Source of the DNA: Azolla caroliniana
Taxonomy: Eukaryota; Plantae; Polypodiophyta
DNA length: 64,000 nucleotides
Reading direction: 5' to 3'
Assembly: GCA_043228905.1 (NCBI GenBank)
Contig: JBHGNT010000070.1
Location: 62,001 to 126,000, forward strand
Positions 34,754 through 47,641 of this stretch are shown here, one piece after another. The stretch's first letter is position 1; each line of letters starts with the position of its first letter. The notes beneath the pieces are model-generated. The model worked only from the letters and a program-made list of their open reading frames with translations. It was not told the DNA's origin and made no database searches. The position numbers and the translations under genes were made by a program.

Positions 34754-37700
34754 TCAAGAAGAGTAGTCTGGTCTAATGGATTTAAGCAGCATGGAAGAAC
34801 CTTGGAAAATCATAATCTGCACCTGAGAGGCAAATTGCTGCAACTGTAACAAACACAAATAGTACACATGTTCAAAAGAGTTTCTGGATTAATATTTAAT
34901 ATTTTTAGCTTCGAAATTCTAATTTATGGAAAAGAAACAGTAGAAGAAGAACAATGTAAAAACCTGTTCATCATTATTAATCTTTGAGAAACCAAATTTA
35001 TTTATCCAGATTGATTCTGCCTCCTCTGCGGCAGGAAGGAGAAGGTGCTCCACTTGTAGTATACCAAGAAGCCTCTCTATGTTTAACATCAACACTTGGA
35101 AAAATCCCTACGCGAAGATGGGAATAAGATATCATTGTTATATTAATGGTCTATTAATAACCTACGAAATTGAAAAAAAGTCAGAAGGGAGAAAATTTCA
35201 GCATTGATCCTCACAAACACAATATACTCATGTTATCTCATCTTCTTCTATTACCAATGCATATTTCCATCTTCCAGTTGTCAATTAAACAACAAATTTA
35301 TGCAAAAAAAAGTAATGTTGTGAACGTTTTGAGATTATTTTTATCATAATGTCCACATTACCATTGGCATACTCTATGTTTAAATTCTGATTTCATAATT
35401 GTTACCACAAATTTGCAACCTAAATACATTACAAGATTGTCATTGAATGCTGATAAGAAAAACTTTTACTTCATCAACTATTTGGAAGACAGTCAAAAGT
35501 TCTTTCTTTCTTTCTCTTCCTTCGTAGCATACATCGATTGAAAATTGTCATCAACCTATTGGATAAATGTCATTTTCTTAGGTGCAAAAAGTGAATTCTC
35601 CCGGCGGGGCAGTCTTAGCCGGAATGTCTGTTTATGATGCTACAAAGCTCACAATATAATTCATCAGTTCTAAGGCATAAGAGAATAATTATTTATAATA
35701 ATAATAAAACGAACCACTGTTTTTTCCACCATAGCTATTCGTTTCATTTCTTGATAAAATTCAATGTAAATATATAAAGGACTAAAAACAAAAAAAAAGT
35801 TTTTTTGGTACACGGGTTTACCTGTCCACGGTTGGCAGTGTTGGTTGCCACTAAAGGAAGTTCTGCAAAATGTCGTCCAAATATTCGAATTATTGCGGTT
35901 GATACAACTGCTTCCCTGATAAGAAATTGCACAATCTCGAGTTTTAAATCTCTTGAGTGTAACAAGCATAGACAGCTAGGCATTATCAATTTCAACGGAA
36001 CATGACATACTTCCACTTAAGGACAGCACAATATACACCCCGGAAATCCTGATCCCGGATGCTTCGACTGCCGACAACAAGTTGAACAAAAACACATAAG
36101 ATAATAGCAAGAAGAATGGGCAAACCCACTAAATAACCCATTCATGTGATAAAAGCGATTCCATAGTTAGCATCACATCATATATTGTGGCTAAAACATA
36201 TCAAAGAAATATACATCAACCTAGAATATAAGGATTGAGGATTCCTATGGAATTACTTAAGAGTTCAAATTTTACCTATGAACCATAAGGGAAATAAGAT
36301 CTCGCCCTGAAGCTGCATCGATAATTGGATCAAAGCTTTCCTGCAATGACAGAAACACTGAATGTCAGAATGAATATTCATGCAGATGTTATTTTTCAAA
36401 ATGCTCGAAAAACTGTTTTGTTACCATTAAGATTGTTGCAGCATTAGACAAGATTCTTCCATTCTCAGGGTCACCTCTTCTACCATGAAGCAACTGCCAT
36501 GAAAACTCTGAATCTAGAAACTTCAACTCTTCACTGCTTTCTTGATCACGCTTCTTCTTAAGCATGTCAAAAATGCTCCGATGTATAGGTTGAGGTCCAT
36601 TTACAACTAGTTCTTGAAGGGTCTGATGTATACGTGTACAATCCAAACCACAAAACCACTCGCCTGCTGGTAGCTCCTACAAATACAAAACCCTTTGAGC
36701 AAATCTAATAGAGAGTTCTACACTGATTTAAGATGCAAAATCACAAATTTCCAACTTCTATTCATCAACATGGTAGCAATTACACTTTGAATACCTTGAG
36801 GTCTGCTATACCTTCTTCCTTCATGCATCCAACATGATACTCTCTCTCACACTGCAGGCATATACACAGAAGAAGTACTACATTTAGGGCCTTCTTCAAA
36901 AGTTTAAAAAAGCACCAAACTTCTAGATGATTATAGACTTTACTTGATCACACAACAACACAGTCTTTTCACCAAAACCAGACTTTAAAAAATCGCCATT
37001 CCTGCACATATAATACAACAAACCACATAAATCAAGGTCCTTATAGAAACGTAAAATTTGAATTAGCCACTCATTCCTGCAGCCTATTACTTGCAGATCA
37101 CACAGCCTCCTATTGCATTTTTCGAAACTTTAACAATTCTTTGACATCGATCTGATTGTTTCTCATTAACAGATGCAGCAAAGAGGTGTCCAGATGATCG
37201 TGTGCTCTTTCGCTTTGGATGTTCACCCTTGCCTTCACAAGATGGACAATACCAATCACCTTCTGGTATACTCGATAACCCAGCACATTCTGCAAACACA
37301 GTGACACATTCGATAAATTCAGAGAGTAGTAAAATTAGATTCACCACACTCAACCTCGCTCTTTATTAAAGAGCCATCGCTGAGTACAATAAAAGTCATA
37401 GATGTGCATAGCACATGGTCAGATAACCACTACAGAGGAGAACAGTGATTAGCAAGAATCCAAGAAGGAAAAGGTGCAAGTTTGACTATATGATGATATC
37501 ATAAGATTTGCTACTATGGGGGACATAATACTATTAGGAGATTTTAATGCACAAACCAAGGATGAACAAACAACTATGTTTAACACCAACGAGGCTGTTT
37601 ATGGATAAGTTATGGCGGAAGAGGTTGGTCTAAAGCGACAAGCTCAAGATATGAGTGCTATAACTAAATATGGAAAATACTTTCTAGCCTTGGGAAGTGC

Positions 37701-40700
37701 GCATGGATTTGTGATATATAATGGCTTGTCACAATGGCCTAGATCAGATGCTTTGACATGTTGGAACCCAAAAGGGGGTGCAAGCACAGTTGATTATCTA
37801 ATGGGATCTCCATTTCTTATACCTGAAATAAAAGTGTTCACTATATCGGGAAGACCAATTGGCTTGGCAGCTGATCATGCATATCTACGCTTTGAGGTAA
37901 AGGATGGATGCACAAAGGATGTATATGCTAAGGAGAGTGGGCTGGCTGAGTATCTATTCACTCGCGAGACAATTGATGTGTATAGTTGTGGTGTATACAA
38001 TGGCATGCTAGATTTGGATCCTTTCGCACCCCTTGAAGAACTTACCCAAGGTTTATCCAAATCATTGCATAAAGCAGCCACAAATGCCTTCCTTCACACA
38101 ACGGCCAATTCCCCCAAACTCGGTAGCGTAATACAAAATAGTTGGTATGATGAGGAATGTCGTGATACAAGGAGATGCTTGCAACGTGATGTAACTCAGG
38201 GCATTTATACACAACCACGCAAGTGCAACCTTCCAACGCCTCGTGAGGAAGAAGAAGAGATTGTATTTGGCTAAATTTGAAGATCATTTGTATTACTTGT
38301 TTCTAGGACAAGAGCGTAAAAGAGCATGGAAAATGTTTAATGAGAGGCAACCCACCACACAACTGACCTCACCTCAAGTGTGGCAGGAATATGCAAAGGT
38401 TCTATATGATATCCCGGGGCAACCTCCTCTACCCCACCCGAATGCCTCACGCCCACATGAATCAACCTTCTTTACACCACAAAATGTAAGAAATGTCATT
38501 GATCGGCTACAATTTGGGAAGGCCCAAGATCATGATGGATTGGTGGGTGAGCACTTTATCTATGCCTATGACACCTTGCTCCCATTGCTAGCACACATCT
38601 TTAATAGAGCCATGTGTGAAGGTTTTCCTACTAGATGGACTCAACATACCATTGTGACAATTCTCAAGAGTGGAGACCCCATGATGCCAAGCAACTATAG
38701 GACAATCATGATTGGCCATTACTTGGCTAAACTATATAGCTCAATTCTAGAATCAGAATTGAGTATATGGGCAGAGCAAAATGGCTGCCGTTCAATTGGA
38801 CAAGCAGGCTTTCGAAAGGGTTTCACAACTTTGGATCACATTATTGAGGAGGGCAAAGCCCACAATAAGAGGATTTATTGCTGCTTTGTGGATTTCCGAA
38901 AAGCCTTTGACATTGTCCCACATGCTCAGCTTTTGCAGCGGCTAGAAGCCCTTGGTGTTCCTATAGATATGCAATGGGGAATCTATGCACTCTATGAATC
39001 TATGTCAGGAAAAGTGCGGTCTTCTAAGGGCTTGTCAAAGGCAGTGGCTAGCCCAATTGGCGTGAAGCAAGGATGCCCACTATCCCCCACACTCTTCGGT
39101 ATCTATATAGATGAGGTATCACAATATATAGAGAGATTTGGGGGTTCCGGAGCACACCTAGCAGGTATAGCTATACAAATATTACTATATGCTGATGATA
39201 TTGTGCTGATTTCTGACTCTCCGGAGGGACTACAAAGACATCTAAATGCCTTAAAACTATTTTGTACGGACAAAGGTTTGTCAATCAACATGAATAAAAC
39301 TAAAGTGATGGTGTTTAACACCACCCAAGCATGGGTAACAAGATCAAAACCAGAATTCTTCTTGGGAGAGGAAAAGGTGGAATACACACGCTCCTACATA
39401 TACCTAGAAGTAACATTTATAGGACCTAGGTTCTCCTTACAGGAGGCCGCTTGTGCCCGACTTTCTCGTGCATATGCAACCCTTGCTGCTCTCGAGAGAC
39501 AATGTGCACATTTGCAGTTCCAAGAGCCACGGACTAAGCTATGGTTATTTGATACACTTGTCACACCAACTCTTCTCTATGGAGTAGAGACATGGGGACC
39601 GAGTCTTAACAAGGCAAATCATTGGAAAGATTTAGAGAGACCTTTAGTGTCAATGATTGCTCGCATGATAAGGAGCAAAGCATCGGTGCCCCACGATATA
39701 ATCCGGGCATAGATGGGAGCAGCACCTATAATAACAGAGGCGTTGTTCCGATTAGTGACATTTATCCAACATTTTTGGGAGCTCCCTAAACGAAGGTACC
39801 CAAGGTTGGCACTTATGTCATCAAAACAACTGGCTGAAAATGGAGACACTCATTGTTGGTATGCTTAAATGCAGCAATGGTTCGAGTCACATGGCATGAG
39901 TATAAATGCACTACCCCCGTTCCAATATAGCTTGGACTGTCCCCATCTAAATATGACCAAAGTGGAAAAGAATAGAGTGATCCGAACTGATATTATTAAC
40001 TTGGAAAACAAGACAACATGGATCAGCCCCAAAATACCACTTGGTACAAAGATGGCCCACTATAAGACACACTTCTTACATACATCGGAGGATGGATTTG
40101 TCATCAGGCCACCTTATATGGACATACATCTATCCTATGCGCTGCGTAGTGTGATAGGGCAGCTGCGAACTTCATCACATCAGCTACAGATTGAGGTAGG
40201 CCAGATATACACGACTACCTCTAGAAGAGAGAATTTTCCAATTGTGTCATCAAGGAGTGGAATCTGAAGAACACTATGTTTGTCATTGTAGTGTCTTTTA
40301 TGAAATCAAAGGGAGATACCATTGCCTCTTTAAACAAGGCTTTGGCCCACTACGCAAGGTAATGGAATATGAGGACCAACGATGCCTAGGGCTTTTCTTG
40401 CTAGAGCTCAAGAGACATCGGGAAAAGTTGTTGAAGAATACAGCCACACAAGCTCATCCACAAAGAACAATCACAACTTTCTTTATCCCCATCACTCCTA
40501 ATGCTAGAAGTCAACCCTAGGATACACAATGGACTTCAGACCAAGACATAACAAAGGGGTTACAATTGATCGGGCAATGGCAATTTGCCGTGCACGTAGG
40601 CCTCGGCCCCATGGACCACAACCTCAACACCCTTGTCATCGACAAATAAAAGCCATTATCTCCCGCCATTGTAGGTGCTTCCCTCGCTTCGGAGACATTT

Positions 40701-40951
40701 CCATTCTGGATTGACCTATGCTAGAGATCTTTCGAAGACAAAAGCTACAATATACCTAACTTGAGGATCTCACATGTGCCAAAAACTAGATTCCCTCATT
40801 ATTTTTCTTTTCATGTTATTTACTTTTATATTTACTGTGTGATATTTATTTTATTTTGATTTGTTCTCAAAGGCGAGACAATACTTAAGATGTAATCTCT
40901 TATTTGGTCTTATAGGCCATTTTGGCCTCTTAAAAGACGTTAATATATCGT

Positions 40952-40982
<31 letters not shown>

Positions 40983-43900
40983 CTCTCTCTCACACACACA
41001 TATCTCTTCTGCTGCACAGAATCACTCCCTATTCTTTACATGGTATCAGCGCTCTTCCTACCGAGAAACTCGACAGAAACAACTTCGCATCTTGGGAGTA
41101 CAAGATGCACCAATACCTTGTCGGTCAAGGCTATTGGAGCTATGTCGAGGGAACACAAGAAAATCAACCCAACCCGGCACATGCCAACCACCCACCCAGC
41201 TTGGGAGCAAGCGGCGAGTCGCGTGCAGTATTGCCTTGCATCATGCATTCATGATCACATGATTGGCTACACCCATGAGGCCAAAACGCCAAAAGAGGCG
41301 TGGGGGAACCTCAAAAAGATATTCGCGGCCAACACAACCGCACGAAAGCTTCAACTTCGCCAAGAGTTGAACAGCATACAATAGAGGGATATGTCAATTG
41401 GCAACTACACCGTCAAGATCAAGGAGTTGTGCAACTCCCTCGGGTCGATCAATGTCAACATTGACGACGACGAAATGGTGCAGATATGCCTCGAAGGCCT
41501 AGCACCTTAGTTCGGCACCATACGGTCGGCAATCCTTGCGAGGGAGAATCCTCCCTCCTTCAACCTCCAGTTGCACGAAAGCTTCAACTTCGCCAAGAGT
41601 TTAACAGCATACAATAGAGGGATATGTCAATTGGCAACTACACCGTCAAGATCAAGGAGTTGTGCAACTCCCTCGGGTCGATCAATGTCAACATTGACGA
41701 CGACGAAATGGTGCAGATATGCCTCGAAGGCCTAGCACCTTAGTTCGGCACCATACGGTCGGCAATCCTTGCGAGGGAGAATCCTCCCTCCTTCAACCTC
41801 CAGTCGATGCTACTGATCGAAGAAAACCACGTCCGAACAAGAGGCAACGAATCAGACAAACAAATGCTCTATGTGAGTTTGGACGGAGGAAGAGAGCAAG
41901 GCCATGGAAGAAGGGACCAATCCGGCCGAGGCTGAAACAACCAAAGGCAATCCCATGAGCACAACTTCTTCTGCCGGCAAGACGTTGCAAACACGCGAGG
42001 CCGAGTGTCTGGTAGAAGGGGGAGCAATCATGCCGGACCTAGCCTTCAAAACAACTCCGCCCAGTGTGGATACTGTGGCAAATTTGGCCACTACGAGGCA
42101 GAGTGTCGAAGGAAGAAGGGTGAGTCGGCCTCCATAAGCCGACAACTCACCAACTATGCCTCAAACTCCGACTACGACGATCGTGGCAGAATAATACAAC
42201 AACACAAGCTCATCCACAAAGAATAATCAAAACTTTCTTTAGCCCCATCACTCCTAATGCTACAAGTCAATCAAGGGATACACAAATGGGCTCCCGACCA
42301 AGACATAACAAAGGGGTTACAATAGATCAGGCAATAGCAAATTGTCGTGCACGTAGGCCCCAACCCCATGGACCACAACGTCAGAGATGAGACAACACTT
42401 AAGATCTAATCTCTTGATTGGTCTTATAGGCCATTTTGGCCTCTTAAAAGACGTTAATATATCTTTCTTTCATCCAGGCATGCATGGATACATGATCTAG
42501 GTAGGGTCTAAGAAAGCAACTATAAAAAAATAGGAACTCACATGGGTCATGAATTTTGAGATATCATGCATGCCAATTGCCTTAATGGCAAAGTATGCTA
42601 ATTTGAACATAATAATAACACCTGAAGATACTGAGGATGCCAAGTCACACCTACCTAAGTTTCTCTAATATAAGCTTGTGAAAGGAACTTCCTATCTATA
42701 CCACTTGACAATAGAAGATCGTTTGAGTGCGTCAGACTTGCATGTTGCATTGGAGATATCTCACATCAAAAGTTGGCTGACGTAATACAAACTTTGTTTT
42801 ATGCTGCCAATAGACCTTCAAGGTGTGTATAGACCCACAAAATGGATGGTATTTATAATAAATACATGGGGATACAAACACATCCTCCAGAAATAGAGAT
42901 ATTAAAAACTTGCCTGTATGATAAGCTCTTGGACAAGCATCACAAAGAACAAGATCTCCTCCATCCCCACATTCTGCACAATCATCATCATTCTCTCTAG
43001 TAATCTTATCACTGGATTCTTCTTGTCTCTTAGCTTCAAGCGATTGAGCAAACATGTGAAGAGACTGCCCATCCGATAGATAAATACTTGAATACCTGCA
43101 TATATTGAAAGAAAGAATGTTAGGCTATTTGATCTAGATATGGGATTCTTGATGATAGAGTTTTACGAGGGACTTACGGATTCCTACGTGAACCCCACCC
43201 TGCATGAGCCTCAAACAAGGAACAGCTAATCTGCCACATGAGATTAAAACAAGAGATTTTAAGTTCAAATGAAGAAAAGATGAGTTGTTGCAAGGTATCA
43301 AAACTCAAAAGTTCTCATACCACTTCATTGCAACAACCACAGCAGATGCCAGAACCTTCTTTTGTACCAGTCAAAATACGCTACAGAAATAGATATCGGG
43401 TAAGAAAATGTACGTCCAGCAAAAATTTATATGGAACAAGAATCCATGAGTGTTTGAATCAAACCTGTCCTTTAAAGTAGTAAGCAACTTCAGTGCCATC
43501 TGCTAAACCTCCCGGCAAGAAAAGCATTTTATGAAGGTTCATTTCTCTAAAAATGATCAAACAAGAACGTGTCTAAATTTGTCACTAGCACACCACATAA
43601 AAACATTATGACAAACAATAGGTACCTTGTTTGAGATGTAGGGGGCGTTGGGACAGCCTTTGATAGATGAACATCAGCCCGACGTTTGCTTGTAGCTAAT
43701 GATAATGGTGGAAAAAATGAGTTTTTAGAAAAGTTTGATCCAAAATCACCACCGTGTAAAATAAACAGCAAGGTAAAGAACATGCTCCTGATCAAGACCT
43801 GAGCTCATAGAGTGATTTTTCCTAGCACTCTCTGTCTCATCAAGATGGAGAGAGCGTCTCAATTGTCCTTGAGAAATAACCATCTGATCTAGACCCATTT

Positions 43901-46480
43901 GAGAAGGAGAGGATGTCTGAACAACCTTTGAAGAATGAGCATCTGAACGACGCTTGCTTGCACCTGATAATAACGAGTGACAAAAAAAGTTTTAGACACA
44001 CTCAATTCAAAATCATCAAATATAAAATAACAGCACAGTAAAGAGCATCTTCTGTATAAAAACCTGTGCTCATGGACTGATTTTTCCTGGCACTCTCATC
44101 AATAACTTTGGAAACTTTTTTAGAAGACTTTACTTCAGTTTTCATGCCACTTCTCAGAATGTCAGATAATGACATGCCGTTGTCTATGAAAATATTCTCA
44201 CTTGGATGTCTCGCAGTACTCCCAGCATGCCTCTCAAAGAGAGACACATTCACCATCTTCAAACATTGATGGGGACCACATACACAAGGTTAAAATAAAA
44301 ATAGACATGAATACAAATAGATTTCCATGATAAAGTCAGGTTCTTACAGATTCTCCTTTACAACATTTGCAATTGCACAGAATTCCACCATTTTTTACAA
44401 TTCCGGTAAGTTTAACCTAGTGAAATTGATAAGGGAAGTTGGGATAAGTTCAAAACCAAGAATGCATCTTATCATACCAATTTTTCATTCTACTTACTCC
44501 ACCACACTTGTCTTTATATGAGACCTGGCACCCTTCAAGTACACCAGACAACAAAAGCGCCTTGGCAGTACTGGGCACCTCAGTTAGTGTGCCTGCTTTA
44601 GCAACATTTTGGTTGGGAGTGATTGGTACAACAGTTTCTCCTTTATTAGGCGTTTCTGATTCTATCACTGGGTGTAGACAGGGGCTTCCATGATCCATCA
44701 GCTGCTTATCATCGTATGCACATCTCTCTGTTATATAGTCGGGTGATGCTGGGCAGCTAGAATTAGTCATTGGATGCAGGCAAGGACTTTCATGATCCAT
44801 TTCTATCTTCCTCAATGAATCTACTCCTTCGCTGTAAAGGTCTCTAGAAGAATCTGAGGATGTTTGCTGCAGGCACTGGCCTTCCCACTGCAAACTAGGA
44901 CTTCCATGGAATTCTTCATGCTTGCTGTGCAATGGAATTCCATTGGAACATCCAAGGTCTCCATCCGTATGGACATCGGCATGTAGCGTCCATTCAGAGG
45001 TTGAATATTTGGAAATTCCTTTGTGACCTTTATACATGTCATAAGATTCCGGACTTTCCGATTCAAACATAACCATTTGAGGATCAAGAATTTGCTCAAC
45101 CCGAGATGAGGGAGTGCATACAGTCGAATACATGTCACTCTCGTGCTCTTCTTGAGCATCCTTCTCATTAACCTCCCCACTGTTATAATCAATATCTCCA
45201 TCACTGTACTCTTCTCGTTCATCACTAAAATCAGCATCATGGCCTCGATTGGGTGGCTCAGATGATAAAGGGTACATAGTGGAATACATGTCACTATCAT
45301 GATCTTCAATGTAGACCTGCTCATTGACATGGTCTACGTTTTGATCCATTTCATCATGATCACCATCACTATCCTCTTCCAATTCATCTTCAAGGCCAGT
45401 TATATCCCCATTTATTAATCTCTGAAAAGAAAACCCACCCAGGGGGGGACCCATACCAGCCATTTCTTGTACACCAACCCACATTGGATGCACACTACCC
45501 AACTGTGGAAGATCACTGTGTGGCATCCCTGCACTATCTTTCCTGTATTTTTCTCCTTCAAGCTGAACAAGGTGATTATCGATTACCTTCGTATTATTTG
45601 GATAAGGATAGGTTTCATTATCTGATACAGTTTTCATATCGACTTTATTGGCATGCATATTCCTTTCTACAGGTTGTGGTTGCATACTATGTGCAGTGTC
45701 ATTAGAGGCTGGATGTGGAAGACCTGATGCACTATGTGGTGTGGGATATACTGGAATAAAATCATGAGACAAATATTTCTTCTCAATGAAACGAGGATCA
45801 TGGATATCCACAATGCCTATAGATGAATCTCTTAACATATGAGCATTTGTAGAAGAGAGCTGATTCCCACATGATAGTGGAGGAACTCTATATCCGGTTG
45901 CAAAAGAGTTATGCAAATGGGTGGGCTGTACAGTAACGTTAGGCTTCAGATAGGAACCAGTTCCTCGATCATCTTGATCTTCACAATGAGCTTCTTTCAT
46001 ACGACAACCTACCTGAAAATCCAGTCTAGGATCAACCCAAACGTTATCAACCATGCTCCTTCTATCCTTTTGCATTCTTTCATCAAATGGTTTTGGCAGT
46101 TGGGCTTCGTATAAAGAGTTTGTATACCCCTTATGAGGGGTATGACTAGCAAAGTTATCAACACAATCCTGTTCCTTAGAATAAACTAGGTGAGGATCCC
46201 AAACATCCTGGTGCGTGTTTCTTCTATCTTTTCGCAATCTTTCATCTAAAGGTCTTGATAAGGGGGTTTCATATACATTGCCCGTATATCTCTTACAAAG
46301 GGGCTTTGTCTCACCTTCATCAGGCAACATAGATTCGATCCTTATATTGGATATGACCTTTTTTGGGGGAGGTTCTGCTTCAAAGTCCACAGCATTCCTT
46401 TTGAGCAGTGAAGATATTTTACCCTGTTCAACAGAGAATTGCAAAGCTTCCAATCCATTACATCCATTCTTTGCTGCCAT
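34754..46480 (-). CDS. Acyl-CoA N-acyltransferase (GNAT) with two Tify-domain-binding domains and two PHD fingers, IDM1-related; 18 coding exons, ~1290 aa
   Basis: Exons traced in frame: 46480-44498, 44416-44348, 44256-44064, 43963-43799, 43695-43626, 43546-43465, 43380-43321, 43230-43178, 43095-42914, 37289-37091, 37001-36944, 36851-36795, 36676-36425, 36340-36276, 36067-36011, 35915-35822, 35107-34964, 34843-34754 (3873 nt). Motifs: [120 protein letters not shown]. Confidence 0.93.
37486..40980 (+). mobile_element. RTEX-like LINE copy 2 (APE endonuclease C-terminus, RT, CCHC, 3' UTR, (TTTC)n tail) in intron 9 of the PHD-GNAT gene
   Basis: ILLGDFNA, STVDY, ADHAYL (APE). CFVDFRKAFD, GVKQGCPLSP, LLYADD (RT). 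LRTSSHQLQIEVG..CHQGVESEEHYVCHC. A few stops and frameshifts. 3' end GGCCATTTTGGCCTCTTAAAAGACGTTAATATATC. Confidence 0.93.
40981..42188 (+). mobile_element. Copia fragment: LTR 3' end, PBS and gag, with a 233-bp tandem duplication (41341-41806)
   Basis: (CT)n(CA)n..ATTCTTTACA followed by TGGTATCAGCGC (iMet PBS, 1 mismatch). YLVGQGYWSYVEG, AKTPKEAWGNLKKIFAANTTARKLQLRQELN, zinc knuckle CGYCGKFGHYEAEC. Confidence 0.88.
42189..42471 (+). mobile_element. RTEX-like LINE copy 4, 3' fragment with internal deletion
   Basis: Homologous to ~40435-40626 joined to ~40875-40960. Ends GACGTTAATATATCTTTCTTTC. Confidence 0.9.
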
Positions 46481-47009
46481 ATCCTCCAGTTCCCATGATT
46501 ACAAGACCATTCCCACAAGAGAGCTTATCAACAAATCAAACTCTTGTTTTCTGGTTCTTAACTTCTTGTTCCTTTTTCTACTCCGATTCCGTTTTTTTCT
46601 TTACAGAGGGAGTACTCTGATTAAAATAGAACAAAAGAAATTCCCAGCTGAATAAGGAGTGAGGGCAAAAAAATCACCTTGATTAGTTGGGTCTTCTTTA
46701 TTATGCTGGAGAAAGGGGGGTTGAATTTCTTTTCAAAATCTTAGATCCTTCTGAATGAGATACACACAGAGACGGAGAGAAACAGAGAGGAGATGAAAGG
46801 GTCTTAAATCTCCTCGAAAACGAAAACCCATATCCTTGAGCTAATGAGATGGGCCAAACTCGTCTCAATCTTGCAGAGGGATGCTAAAGAAGGAGAAGAA
46901 GAAGAAGAGAGACAGACAGACAAGACAGACTTCAGTCAGAGTTTGATACCAATTTCCCTCTCCATTTGAACTTCTTTTTAGGAGGAAGGAGTAAGAGGGC
47001 ACACACACA

Positions 47010-47641
47010 TTTGAGGGGTATTTTAAGGAATTTCAATTAGTAAAAGTATCTGCTATGAGAGTGAGAGGTTTGAGGTTTGCGGGGTATTTTAGGGAATTTC
47101 AATTAGTAAAAGTATCTACTACGAGAGTGAGAGGTTTGCGGGGTATTTTAGGGAATTTCAATTAGTGTAAAAGTATCTACTATGAGAGTGAGAGGTTTGA
47201 GGTTTGAGGGGTATTTTTGGGAATTTCAATTAGTAAAAGTATCTACTATGAGTGAGAGGTTTGCAGGGTATTTTAGGGAATTTCAATTAGTGTAAAAGTA
47301 TCTGCTATGAGAGTGAGAGGTTTGAGGTTTGAGGGGTATTTTAGGGAATTTCAATTAGTGTAAAAGTATCTACTATGAGAGTGAGAGGTTTGAGGTTTGA
47401 GGGGTATTTTAGGGAATTTCAATTAGTAAAAGTATCTGCTACGAGAGTGAGAGGTTTGAGGGGTATTTTAGGGAATTTCAATTAGTAAAAGTATCTGCTA
47501 CGAGAGTGAGAGGTTTGAGGTTTGAGGGGTATTTTAGGGAATTTCAATTAGGAAAAGTATCTGTTATGAGAGTGACAGGTTTGAGGTTTGAGGGGTATTT
47601 TAGGGAATTTCAATTAGGAAAAGTATCTGCTATGAGAGTGA
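47010..47641. repeat. Minisatellite (~55-65-bp unit, ~10 copies) upstream of the PHD-GNAT gene
   Basis: Unit (GAGGTTT)1-2 GAGGGGTATTTTAGGGAATTTCAATTAG(TG)TAAAAGTATCTRCTAYGAGAGTGA. Resumes at 52849-52993 on the far side of the Copia. Confidence 0.95.

Noticed and set aside
35590-35640. GC-rich patch in a PHD-GNAT intron as a possible ncRNA
   Set aside because: No tRNA, snoRNA box or stable hairpin pattern recognised.
37457-42478. ATCCAAG / ATCCAGG as TSD of the LINE-Copia-LINE block
   Set aside because: Short, mismatched and ~20 bp from the recognisable LINE start. Insufficient evidence.
47010-47641. CRISPR-like regularly spaced repeats
   Set aside because: Units are contiguous with no unique spacers, there are no cas genes, and the context is eukaryotic. 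It is a minisatellite.
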